NCBI RefSeq assembly: GCF_032062105.1
Contig: NW_026932110.1
Location: forward strand, 62,001-126,000
DNA from: Saccostrea cucullata
Taxonomy: Eukaryota
DNA length: 64,000 nt
Reading direction: 5' to 3'
Shown here one piece after another: positions 53,184-64,000 of this stretch. A program made the position numbers and the translations under genes. Position 1 is the first letter of the stretch. Every line of letters starts with the position of its first letter. The notes beneath the pieces were generated by a model. The model did no database searches. It was not told the DNA's origin and saw only the letters and a list, made by a program, of their open reading frames with translations.

Positions 53184-53329
53184 TCACCATTCTATCTACA
53201 TTAAGAGAAAAGACTAAAATGGAATTTCGATAAAATAACCTTTCACTTCAGTATAATTGAAAAAAAGATAGGAAAAACAAATTGTTATAACCCGGAACGG
53301 AAATGAAATCACCTTTATCACTGCTCTCT

Positions 53330-54630
53330 ATAAAGTTATACAAAGATCTAGACCGATGTAATCACCGTTTTCTACAGAATATAGACAAAGATAAAAATTT
53401 TATTAAAATCACCTTTCCAAGATGATTAATACACATCTAGACGGAGTGATCACCGTTCTCTACAGAATAATACACACCTAGATGAAGTCATCACCGATCT
53501 CTACGGCATAATACACGTCTAGACGGAGTAATCACCGTTCTTTACAGAATAATACACATCTAGACGGAGTGATCACCGATCTCTATACAGAATAATACAC
53601 ACCTAGATGAAGTCATCACCGATCTCTACGGAATAATACACGTCTAGACGGAGTAATCACCGTTCTTTACAGAATAATACACATCTAGACGGAGTTATCA
53701 CCGATCTGTACGGAATAATGCACGTCTAGACGGAGTAATCATCGTTCTCTACAGAATAATACACATCTAGACGGAGTGATAACCGATCTCTACAGAATAA
53801 TACACGTCTAGACGGTGTGATCACCGTTCTCTATACAGAATAATCCACATCTAGACGGAGTAATCACCGATTTCTACAGAATACCGGTAATACACGTCTT
53901 GACGGAGTAATCACCGTTCTTTACAGATAAATACACATCTAGGAGTAATCACCGATTTCTACAGAATACACGTCTAGGCGGAGTGATAACCGTTCTCTAC
54001 AGAAAAATACACATCTAGACGGAGTGATCACCGTTCTCTAAACAGAATAATACACATCTAGACGGAGAGATCACTGATCTCTATAGAATGATACACGTCT
54101 AGGCGGAGTGATAACCGTTCTCTACAGAATAATACACGTCTTGACGGGGTATTCCCCGTTCTCTTTACAGAATAATACACGTCTTGACGGAGTAATCATT
54201 GTTCTCTACAGAATAATACACATCTAGACGGAGTGATCACCGATTTCTACAGAATAATACACGTCTTGACGGGGTAATCACCGTTCTCTGTACAGAATAA
54301 TACACGTCTTGACGGGGTAATCACCCGAGTGATCACCGATCTCTGCGGAATAATGCACGTCTAGACGGAGTGATAACCGATCTCTACAGAATAATACACA
54401 TCTAGACGGAGTGATAACCGATCTCTACAGAATAATACACATCAAGACGGAGTGATCACCGATCTCTGCGGAATAATGCACGTCTAGACGGAGTGATAAC
54501 CGATCTCTACAGAATAATACACATCTAGACGGAGTGATCACCGATCTCTACGGAATAATGCACGTCTAGACGGAGTGATAACCGATCTCTACAGAATAAT
54601 ACACATCTAGACGGAGTTATCACCCTTCTC
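53330..54630 (-). repeat. 41-bp minisatellite derived from the exon-3 acceptor of hexokinase copy 2
   Basis: Reverse-complement unit ctgtagagaacggtgatcactccgtctagatgtgtattatt; period 41 (54361 to 54402), ~28-30 copies; older degenerate units at ~55985-56250. Confidence 0.92.
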
Positions 54631-54687
54631 CACATAACAGATTTATATTTAAAACATTTTTGTTATGTAATCCTTTGTGTTTTTAAT

Positions 54688-54808
54688 AACCTGTACATTA
54701 AGTCACCTGTAACCGTACATTAAGTTGACAAAACTCTCAATTCTTAACTTAATCGACAGCGTTTTGTCAACTTAATGTACAATTAAAGGTAACTTAATGT
54801 ACAGGTTT
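54688..54808. repeat. Foldback/palindromic element
   Basis: aacctgtacattaagtcacct...gtacattaagttgacaaaac / gttttgtcaacttaatgtac...aggtaacttaatgtacaggtt. Confidence 0.7.
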
Positions 54809-55814
54809 TAAATGTTGAAAACAATACATAATTAAAGTAGGCAATTAAATTTTTAATTTAACGCACAATCATGCATAAATATCAAACAATTTTATATGAA
54901 ATGTTCAACAGTATATCATCTTTGGAAATGACAAATCCAATGCAAAAAAGTCACATGTGTAAATCCTGATGCTTAATAACTCTAGAACATCCACATTCGG
55001 AAGTTTCTTTATTAAAGCACAAACGTCTCATCCTCTTCACAAAATTTGTAAATGAATGCTGGACGTGGTAGATCCATTCCATGAATGTTTAAAATATATC
55101 CAACAGCAATTTAAATTTTAAAAGAAAAAGGCTTATTTCCAGATGGAATGATAATCTCACTAGATGCACTGCAGGTGAAATCATTTTTGGGACAGAGATC
55201 ACAAGTTTTATCTTTTCATACACTTGCCATCATCTGAATCCTTCATATTTCCATGAATTATTCCATTTCCTCTCTGCTGCTATTTATTGTTGGTTCAATT
55301 GTAGGATCAAACTGTAATAGATTTGTGGCCCGTTTTTCTGTTATAAACTGTTTCCTCAAACTTCATACAAGAGGGTCGCCGTTGTTGTTCTCTAAGAATG
55401 TTTCGTATCACAGTGTCCCTTAAATCCTGATTGTTAAATAAGATTTCGATAGCTTTTGTCAAAACTTCAACACTCACTTCAGAATCTGAAAACCTACAAG
55501 CTTCTGCTTGTGTCTACCTACTGTAAAGTATTTACCACCATTTGGCCCGTATTTTGGAGAAATATGTATTACTTTCTCCATCCGATGAGGACGTCTTCAC
55601 TCATGAAGCTTTACATGGGAAGTGATCAGAAATCAAGTGAGCTATCATTTAAATCTAAATTTACCTGGCATCGTCCATTAAGTTAAACAATACAGCTATT
55701 GTTTTCACCCCAACTCTCTGGACAATCAAGTGTGTTACGTAATCATAGGAAATACATAACCATTACCTGGGACAGTTTATTAAGTTAGCAATATAGAAAA
55801 TGTTTTAAGTAGGA

Positions 55815-55916
55815 TAAAGTCCTCAAACTGTCCATTCTGTGAGAGAAAAAACTATTCTCAGCCCTTCGGGCCTCGAACAGTTCTTTTTCTCACAGAATGG
55901 ACAGTTTTCGGACTTT
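55815..55916. mobile_element. Foldback element with CGAGG-hairpin core
   Basis: Inverted arms around ctcagcccttcgggcctcga (reverse complement tcgaggcccgaagggctgag). Confidence 0.65.
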
Positions 55917-56580
55917 CTCCTTTACTTAGCATTGTTTAAAGCTAGAATACAGAGATCTTTACCTTTTAGTGTGATAAACTTGTTCTCTGCAGAAATGTAT
56001 GTTACCTAGACCGATGGAAGCGTAAAATACAAAATAATGTAAAGATCTAGGTCGATACAATCATCGTTTTTAACAGAAATAAGATCTAAACGAGTGAAAT
56101 TACAGATTTCTACAAAATAATACGAGATCTAGATCGATGCAATCACCTTTCTCTACGTCAGAAAGATTTAGATCGTTGAAAGCACTATTTACTACAGAAA
56201 AACACAGCGACAGTGTCCGAAGTTGTATCATTTCCCTACAGAATAATACAAGTTATTTCATAAAACGGACACATTGAAGTAGAACTTATTTCAATCTCAA
56301 AGCATCTTCTGTTTTTGTTAATTGATTCCTCCTATTTGTTTAAAATATCAAAGTATTTTTACCATCCCCTTTGAAAAGATGTCGTACATAAGTACACTCC
56401 CATAGAAGATTTGACTGTTTTCTTTTTTCTGGATCCATTGAATTAGCCAGGGAAATCTGGTTTTCAAAGGTATCCATTATTGTTTTAATTGTTGCGTCAT
56501 TAATACTCTGTGGCTCGAGAATCTCTTCTACCTGTAAGTTGAAATTGTCAAAGAAATTTATTTCATTTCAAACCTAAAAT

Positions 56581-56762
56581 GCTCAAACCTGCAATTCAGA
56601 ATGTGTATTTAATATTTATGTCAAAAGAGGTTTCTTGTAACGTTTATGATAAATGGGAGACAATCTCTTTATCTAATATTTTCGATTGGTCCATACATAC
56701 ACTGTATGTCCCTTTCTGGTGAATTAATATATTTCTTTCATTTCTGAATTGCAGGTTTGAGC
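56581..56762. mobile_element. Short MITE
   Basis: TIR gctcaaacctgcaattcagaa / ttctgaattgcaggtttgagc. Confidence 0.7.
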
Positions 56763-56938
56763 GTTATCTGTATAATCTGTTGAACGTCGTACAGCAGTAC
56801 ATGTACATACAATGTGCCTTTTCCCCAATTAATTTAAGGTATTCTTAATATAAATTCTTTGTATAAAAATAATGCAACAAATATTTAGCATGCACAACCA
56901 GGGTTTTAAACATACGGATAATTTTTATCAAAGTAACA

Positions 56939-57150
56939 CATGCGCGGATCTAGAGGGGGGTCGGGGGGGGGGGGGGGGGCAGGACCCCCCCTGGAACCTA
57001 CCAGGTTAAAAAATGTATATACTAAAACAAGAAAAAAATTACATGCCCCCCCTCCTTGGAAAACGCAGACCACCCTGGTAAACGCGAATATGTGTGAAAT
57101 GGGTATGAGAAGTAAAAGATATGAGGCAATATAAGTCACCACTACCCTCC

Positions 57151-57188
<38 letters not shown>

Positions 57189-57245
57189 ACCCCCTTACCA
57201 ATTTTTTTTTTAACTTTTGGGGTTTTTTTAATTTCTTTTTTTTTT

Positions 57246-57286
<41 letters not shown>

Positions 57287-57368
57287 TGTCAAGAAATTTC
57301 TGAGATTGGATTTTTTTTCCACTGGGGTGGACCCCCCCCCCTGGAAAAAAATTCTGGATCCGCGCCTG
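56939..57368. mobile_element. Poly-G/poly-C MITE with 5-bp TSD
   Basis: taaca-CATGCGCGGATCTAGA...TCTGGATCCGCGCCTG-taaca. Confidence 0.8.
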
Positions 57369-57541
57369 TAACAAACAAAATTTCATCTTGTATTTCCTCA
57401 CTTCAGAGGAGGTAAGCGGCATAACCAGGTATTAGAAAATTGCACTTCAATTTACGGAACTTTTAAATTATACAGAAATAAGATTCCGTTCAAAGCTGCG
57501 TTTTTGTCAATATATTTGTCCTTTAGCAGTAAATGTAATCA

Positions 57542-57695
57542 AGCTATCATCAAGACACTGTATTACTTTTGGTTAGACACAAGCTAAAGTCACGGAGACA
57601 ACATAGCTAGTCTCAAAGACACTTGGGAACTTGTTTTTGTCTCGGTGACTTTAGTTGTGTCTAACCAAAAGTGATACAGTGACTTGATAATAGCT
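57542..57695. repeat. Foldback element with ~60-bp arms
   Basis: agctatcatcaagacactgtattacttttggttagacac... / ...gtgtctaaccaaaagtgatacagtgacttgataatagct. Confidence 0.7.
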
Positions 57696-58616
57696 ATGGT
57701 GTCTCGGTGACTTAATTTAGCTTGTGTCTGTGTGACCTAAGGTGTCTCTGTGACTTTGAGATGTATGGGGTGTGTTTTGGGGTAGCTGCAACCGGTGTCA
57801 GGTAACAACAGCATTGTTGGTTATACTTTGTCCCTGAGCTGAGTGATCTAACTAACAATTTTGTTGTTTTCCGACACAGCTCAGGTACCCTTCCCAAGTC
57901 ACCTAACTCAGAAAACACTTACACAAAAAGTGAATGAATCTACTAAGTAGATTGACCCCTATATTTATACTATTTTGCATCTGTTCTATTTGTACTGATT
58001 AAAGAGACACCGTGGGCCCACTCGATTGGGACCCTTCTAGAAGCAGAGGGGAATGTTGGAAGGGTTGGAATATGTATGTCCAAATCAAGTGTTCAGAAGG
58101 ATATTGAATAGGATGGAATATTATCTGCAATGTTTTGAATTACTGCAGTTGTTGAATTTCAAGAATTTGAATCCGTTTTTTTTTTAAAGCATTAAATGTT
58201 AGTTCGAAAGGGAAACTTGAGATAATTAAGAGTGGAAAAATTAATTTAATATAATAGTATTGGGAATTTTTTTTTATTTATGTAAAGAAAGATTTAAAAC
58301 ATCAAGTGTCTGAGACAGAAGAATATTAAAGAGCATGTAAAAAAAATAAAATAATTATGGTCAAATCAGGGACCAATTTATGGCTCAAATCTGCACCCCA
58401 TATTACATGGTAAATTATGAAACTGTGTTCAATGGTTGATTTTATTGCAATTACATAACAGAAAAAATGCTTCTTAACAGAAGTACCCTTCATACATGAT
58501 AAAAATACATTTTGCAACTGTGCTGTGTTTTAAGTTTGGTTTATTTATAATAATAAAAATTCCCCAAGTTTTCACCAAACCGCTTGACGCCATATTAGAA
58601 TGCTATCCTTCAGCTA

Positions 58617-59129
58617 CAGGGGCGTAGTATCCGGGTGGGCCAGGGGGGGCCTGCCCCCCCCCCCCCACTTTTTTTCCCAACCTTACTTACACTATAGGAA
58701 ATGTTAATTGAAAGTCTGGTTGGCCCCTCCACTTTTAGAAATCTACCGAAAATGTAGTATAAGAATTGGTACTAAAAGTAGTTGACACTGAGAAAAAAGT
58801 AATGAATTCAATTATTTATTCATTAGAATAATGCTAAAGGGCTGTACATCTTACTTATGTATCCTCGTTTAATTAAATTCTATACATAGCTACCAAAATA
58901 CCCAGAAGTTATTGTACATACATTATACCCGGTAAAGTAACAATTTATACTGGTATAAGAAACTTTCATAATTAAAATTGTTTTTCTCTATACCGACAAA
59001 TTACGATATACTAGCACTTTTTATTAGGATTATAAATGGTGTCAAGAAGATATTTTTGATCATTAATAAGTATCATTAATTTTGCTTCTGGTGTAGTTTT
59101 CAAATTGAGATACATGTACTTTTTAAGTG
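58617..59129 (+). mobile_element. hAT-like MITE, one end only (runs toward the gap)
   Basis: Starts caggggcgtagtatccgggtgggccagggggggcc followed by poly-C; partner end not seen. Confidence 0.5.
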
Positions 59130-59599
59130 NNNNNNNNNNNNNNNNNNNNNNNNNNNNNNNNNNNNNNNNNNNNNNNNNNNNNNNNNNNNNNNNNNNNNNN
59201 NNNNNNNNNNNNNNNNNNNNNNNNNNNNNNNNNNNNNNNNNNNNNNNNNNNNNNNNNNTACAGATCTCTACATAGCGCAAAGCTCTCTGCGCTTTGCGCT
59301 ATGTAGAGATCTGTATTTTAATCAGATTGTGTGTTTTTTTGTTTTTGTTTTTGTTTTTGTTTTTTTTTTTAACATTATACTGAAAGTGCAAGAAAAGGTG
59401 AAAAAGTGAAAAATAATGTAATTAGAATTGGGGACGTTTCCAAATTGTGCAAAAAATCCTTTTGGAAATGTGTGATCTCGACGGCTACATTCTCTTACTG
59501 AAAAAAATTAATATAACATTGGGCCCTCAATGCAAATTATGCAAATCGATCACCGACTCAAATTCGGATTTTAGAATATTAGGCCTACTACTAGTCTGG

Positions 59600-60608
59600 T
59601 AGACTGGCTTGCCTGTCTGATATCCGATATACAGACAGGTGACCAGTAATGTAAAGAGCCCTCTACCGGCCGCGCTCATTGGTTGATAAAAACTCTCCCT
59701 GACGTAGAATTTAAATACCTCGGGGAAACCAAAACAGATCACAGAGTGCTATATTATGGATGATTATCGTTACCTCGAGTTTTCTTTACGTACGAAAATT
59801 ACATTGATAGAAATCATTGTGAAAGATATTCAACATTAAATTTTCTAAAGTCTTTGCAAGGAAGAAGTATTAAAAGTGCTTTGAATAACGATACCGTGGT
59901 TGTTTTACCGACGGGCCACTGAGTCAGAAGTTTGATTAGGTGCTGCCTTTTTCCCTCTTTCCTCTAGTATACACAGCCACATAGTTTTTCTGACACAAAT
60001 CATAAAACTCTCGCATTTTTTGTCCAAGTTAATTAATTTTTGTAAACAATTTCTACAAAGTATTCCGCTTTCAACACTTAACATTATACCGCCATACTTT
60101 TTAACAGTTCTATTAGACCAATATCCGTATTTGCTTTTCATTCTAACACGGTCACTAATATTTCCACATACAATACAAATACATGTATTCCTTTTTTTCA
60201 GATTTTTTGTGTCTCAGGAGTGTTAAACATTTCATAATCATACTAGGCCTATGCACAAGACATTTCACTACGCTGAATTTATTCTAAATTTTCAGGCGTG
60301 ATATAACAGATCAGCAAGCCCCTAACACATTACATGGCATACATTTATTGGATAACGAGAACTGAAGCAACACTGCAAACTAGTTTTGTTTATAAGAATT
60401 GACATATTTTAATTACCGCAGGAAACATAAATCGGTTTAAAGTTCCCCACTGAGTCAGCAGATCGCTTTATTGTGTGATTATTTCCCATGCTGTATCGTA
60501 AAGCAGTGGCGATAGATGGCGCGTCACTCAAGCCAGGAATCCCTGGCTTTAATGGCGGTGATCACCTGTCTTTTCCTGCGTACGGTAAAGACAGGCAATA
60601 CCAGTCTA
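59600..60608. mobile_element. Non-autonomous AcademH-like element (TAG...CTA termini, 9-bp TSD)
   Basis: ctagtctgg-TAGACTGGCTTGCCTGTC...GACAGGCAATACCAGTCTA-ctagtctgg; a cctgtc/gacagg hairpin just inside each end. Confidence 0.8.
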
Positions 60609-61203
60609 CTAGTCTGGTTCCCTGTCCCTGTATGGTTCTCCTTCGGAACCTCTCGCGCTTTTATACTGATGTTTGACCAAACACTCTGACGAATGACGTG
60701 TATGAATAACAAGGCGCCAGGTGTAAAATAAGTAGTAATCAATGGTTTTGCTTAATTGAATGACCCTTTTCTAATTTGAGACTTGTAATACCGACAAATA
60801 GAACAAAGTGCTTTCCACGGCAGCAGGTATGTTTACTGACACCACGCCTGCACAGTACACGCAGTGGTGACATGCTTTGAACAGTTCAGATCTGATCAGC
60901 TGATGATTACAATCGAATATATTCTTCGGTACTCGAGAAAATATAAAGTACTAAAGGAATCTTACGAAATAGACAACTCTTATTTCATCAAGTGTTCAGT
61001 TAGTGGAAAGCTTTCTCGAATTTTCTCGACAGTATTGTGTCGTTTATTCACAGGAATAGTTTGCTTTGTATACAGATGAATGCTTCTGAGATTTTACTTA
61101 ATATTCAAATAATATATTTATTAAGAATTTTCATTATTTTAGTTGGAACAGAGTAATATTTTAGTGACCCTGGAAACAGACGAGGAATTAAATTTTCTGA
61201 GAG

Positions 61204-62899
61204 ATGTCCAGACTATTGATTGGTGTCCGTCTTGTTACATGTGTCAGCTTAATTCTTTTCACCATAAGCTGTTATAACATGATGGTAAGAAGTGAAAAGG
61301 CCTCAAACAACAAACAACAGACAAAAAGTGAATCAATTCCTGAAGACTTAACAAAAACGAAGGAACCCTCAGGTCATACGAGACCGACTGAACCTGGGTC
61401 TACGTCTCACGGAACCAGTGCTCTTACAGTTGTTCCTGATTATGAGGATGAAGAGGATGGTATGTTTGTTTAGATATAATGTGTTAAGCAATAAGGCAGG
61501 TATATAAGTTTCCCATATAGATCAAGTGGTTATGTATTTATTTAGAGTTAAGAGGATATGGGTTAGATCCTGCTTTCTGCCCTACATTTGGCACTGTGCT
61601 CTTGTAGAACTGAACATGTGTAATGAAATACATATGTATCTCTCTGTTTTAGCTACAGTCACAACAGAGGATGAAAATGCACCAGATTTTAGTAACATGG
61701 ATGTTTTCTACCCAACAAAAGAATGGCAGGAGCTCAAGCCAGGTAAAATAATATATACCTAGGGCCAACCCCTCCCCCTGAAATCGTAGCCGACTTGTAT
61801 GGCCTGCTACACACATTTTTTTTAAATTTGTCTCTTTTATGCTTAACATCATACCATGATTACATGTAAGACTGTCACTGACAATGACATTTCTATTTTT
61901 ATAAAAATATCTGCTAAAGGAAGAAATGGGACAAGCAGTTACTTTATATTTTGTCTAATGGTCATTTGGTCGACACAAGGTTTCAATATAATACATAAAA
62001 CATTTTGAGAATAATTTCTGTCAACTGGTTTTTGAATGCTAAACTCAATTTATTGTTGACACACTCAGTGGTAAGCAAATTGCATGTTTCTATGTCTGAA
62101 AAAAGGTTATTTAGATTTTTTTTCCTCAGATGAATTTTATTGGAACTATTAATTTGCCTGATTGCCATCAGACTTCATACAAAGTTGTCATGATAAACAA
62201 ATGACCACTTTTGATTGTTTTGACATCCATCTTTGTAAACTGTTTTGCCATTTTGATATTATAGTTGCTGGCCCCTGCAATATTTTAGCATATTCTGTTC
62301 AACACACTTAAAAAAAATATAGATATTGAAAATGCTTTGCTTGTTGAATATCACACTGTTTAATCACGTCTGCCATTGGAAAGTAATTCTCAAACAACTA
62401 TATGCCTTAGATATATCTGGTCTAAACTTTCTTTTGATGCTGGGTCGGACCTAGATTTTGCAGATGAGGGACTAGAGTTAATTTTCATGAAGCTTGCCAT
62501 ATTTAATTACTATAACTCTATTGTGATGAAACTTGCATGGAGGATGCATCTTAGAATGCAAACTATCAGACCTGCTTCAGATGCTAGATCTGACCTTTGT
62601 TTTCCAGATGTGTGACAAGGTTAAGTTATAAGTATTTGTAACATCTAGATAATTGTGTTTAAAATGATCTCGAAATTTTCTATTACCTAAGTGACATTAA
62701 AAAAATCTTAAAATATTTTATAAGTAAGCGTATGTAGCTTACTCATTTAAGTTTTATGTAATGAAAATGTGTACATTCTTAGGTCAAGCGATTCCAAAAG
62801 GGCTACATGTCAGACTGAATATGCAGACTGGTCAGAGAGAGGCCAAACTAATGGAGGGGGATAGTGGACTCAAGTACTGGGTCAAGGATGGAAAACAAG
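61204..62899 (+). CDS. SIL1: Nucleotide exchange factor SIL1 (BiP co-chaperone), first three coding exons; gene continues beyond the window
   Basis: Exons 61204-61459, 61653-61742, 62783-62899; signal peptide, then [35 protein letters not shown], the SIL1 N-terminal signature. Confidence 0.92.
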
Positions 62900-63286
62900 G
62901 TAGATAATTATAGGAACTCTCAGTTCTCAGCAGGAATGTTGTCCCTAACCCTCTAGTGATAGAACTGTTCTTTTCATTATTGAACAGTAACTATATAGAC
63001 AAATATTTTGTACATGTACACTGCAGTGTATTAATGTAGTCCTCAAGAAGAGACTGCCATAAAGACATTAGCCAAGAGGACTAGCAGATGAAGCATAATT
63101 ATCATCCCAGTCAGAATATGATATTATAAAGCAGACATCCAAGTAATCGAAAATCATTGATGTTTTTTTCTGCAGTTTAAGGATAAGATTGCAAAGACAA
63201 TAGTAGAACCTTTTAGTACTATTGCAAGATATGCACTTTAGTGACAGTGTCAGAAAATGTAATATATTATTACTACAAATGCTGTA

Positions 63287-64000
63287 GTAGACTGACAGTT
63301 TGTGACATGATGACTTTGTTGTAGGGATTGTTAACACAGTAGACTGACAGTTTGTGACATGATGACTTTGTTGAAGGGATTGTTAACACAGTAGACTGAC
63401 AGATTGTGACATGATGACTTTGTTGTAGGGATTGTTAACACAGTAGACTGCCAGTTTGTGGCATGATGACTTTGTTGAAGGGATTGTTAACACAGAAGAC
63501 TGACACTTTGTGGCATGATGACTTTGTTGTAGGGATTGTTAACACAGTAAACTGACAGTTTGTGACATGATGACTTTGTTGTAGGGATTGTTAACACAGC
63601 AGACTGACAGTTTGTGACATGATGACTTTGTTGTAGGGATTGTTAACACAGTAGACTGCCAGTTTGTGGCATGATGACTTTGTTGAAGGGATTGTTAACA
63701 CAGAAGACTGACACTTTGTGGCATGATGACTTTGTTGTAGGGATTGTTAACACAGTAGACTGACAGTTTGTGACATGATGACTTTGTTGTAGGGATTGTT
63801 AACACAGTAGACTGACAGTTTGTGACATGATGACTTTGTTATAGGAATTGTTAACACAGCAGACTGACAGTTTGTGGCATGATGACTTTGTTGAAGGGAT
63901 TGTTAACACAGAAGACTGACACTTTGTGGCATGATGACTTTGTTGTAGGGATTGTTAACACAGTAAACTGACAGTTTGTGACATGATGACTTTGTTGTAG
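63287..64000 (+). repeat. 52-bp intronic minisatellite with a 208-bp higher-order period
   Basis: Unit gtagactgacagtttgtgacatgatgactttgttgtagggattgttaacaca; variant gaagactgacactttgtggc at 63495, 63703 and 63911. Confidence 0.95.

Larger units (their letters stand above)
44161..56531 (-). pseudogene. HK: Hexokinase paralog (copy 2), disrupted by transposons
   Basis: Exons 2-12 recognisable, with the same intron positions as copy 1 (e.g. 56531-56363, ~50857-50718, ~46075-45920, ~45421-45282, ~44955-44822, 44227-44161). Exon 3 is split by a HINE, has +2 nt at its acceptor and a GT>AT donor; exon 6 is split twice; exon 1 was not found. Confidence 0.92.

Noticed and set aside
44161-56531. Copy 2 as an uncollapsed allele of copy 1
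   Set aside because: Introns are strongly diverged and exons carry many substitutions and an in-frame indel, which fits paralogy better; not formally excluded without reads.
56906-57422. Gly-, Pro- and Lys-rich ORFs
   Set aside because: Produced by homopolymer runs in a MITE.
56532-59130. Exon 1 of hexokinase copy 2
   Set aside because: No segment resembling MESIHNRLRIQNIADEAKRKK was found by eye; it may be lost, diverged or in the gap.
59259-59315. Near-perfect ~55-bp hairpin as an ncRNA
   Set aside because: It abuts an assembly gap and resembles the other foldback fragments; it cannot be evaluated.

Overview
AT-rich, intron-containing animal genomic DNA. The gene and repeat content points to a bivalve mollusc, probably an oyster (inference). 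There are two assembly gaps (~44228-44361 and ~59130-59258). Genes in order: an intact 12-exon single-domain hexokinase (+, 957-8450); a secreted S1 serine protease with a frameshift (+, 9994-15407); a signal peptide/coiled-coil/C1q gene (+, 17293-18695); a ~7.6 kb Academ-type DNA transposon with an intact 1614-aa transposase-XPG-Cys protein (-); a KY/transglutaminase-like peptidase gene (-, 28356-32600); a bursicon-alpha-like cystine-knot hormone (+, 41235-41699); a second, inverted hexokinase paralog disrupted by three exonic transposon insertions (-, 44161-56531); and the 5' part of SIL1 (+, from 61204). The rest is dense with non-autonomous elements (Helentron/HINE, Kolobok-, Ginger-, Academ-like, foldbacks) and minisatellites. 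Three observations stand out. (1) Intron 2 of both hexokinase paralogs is filled with tandem copies of the gene's own exon-3 splice acceptor and first codons. (2) Mariner-looking TACGAGGG MITEs share their end architecture with the Academ element. (3) Four foldback elements with unrelated arms share one CGAG(G)-hairpin-CGAGG core. All family assignments come from motif recognition by eye; no database search was run.
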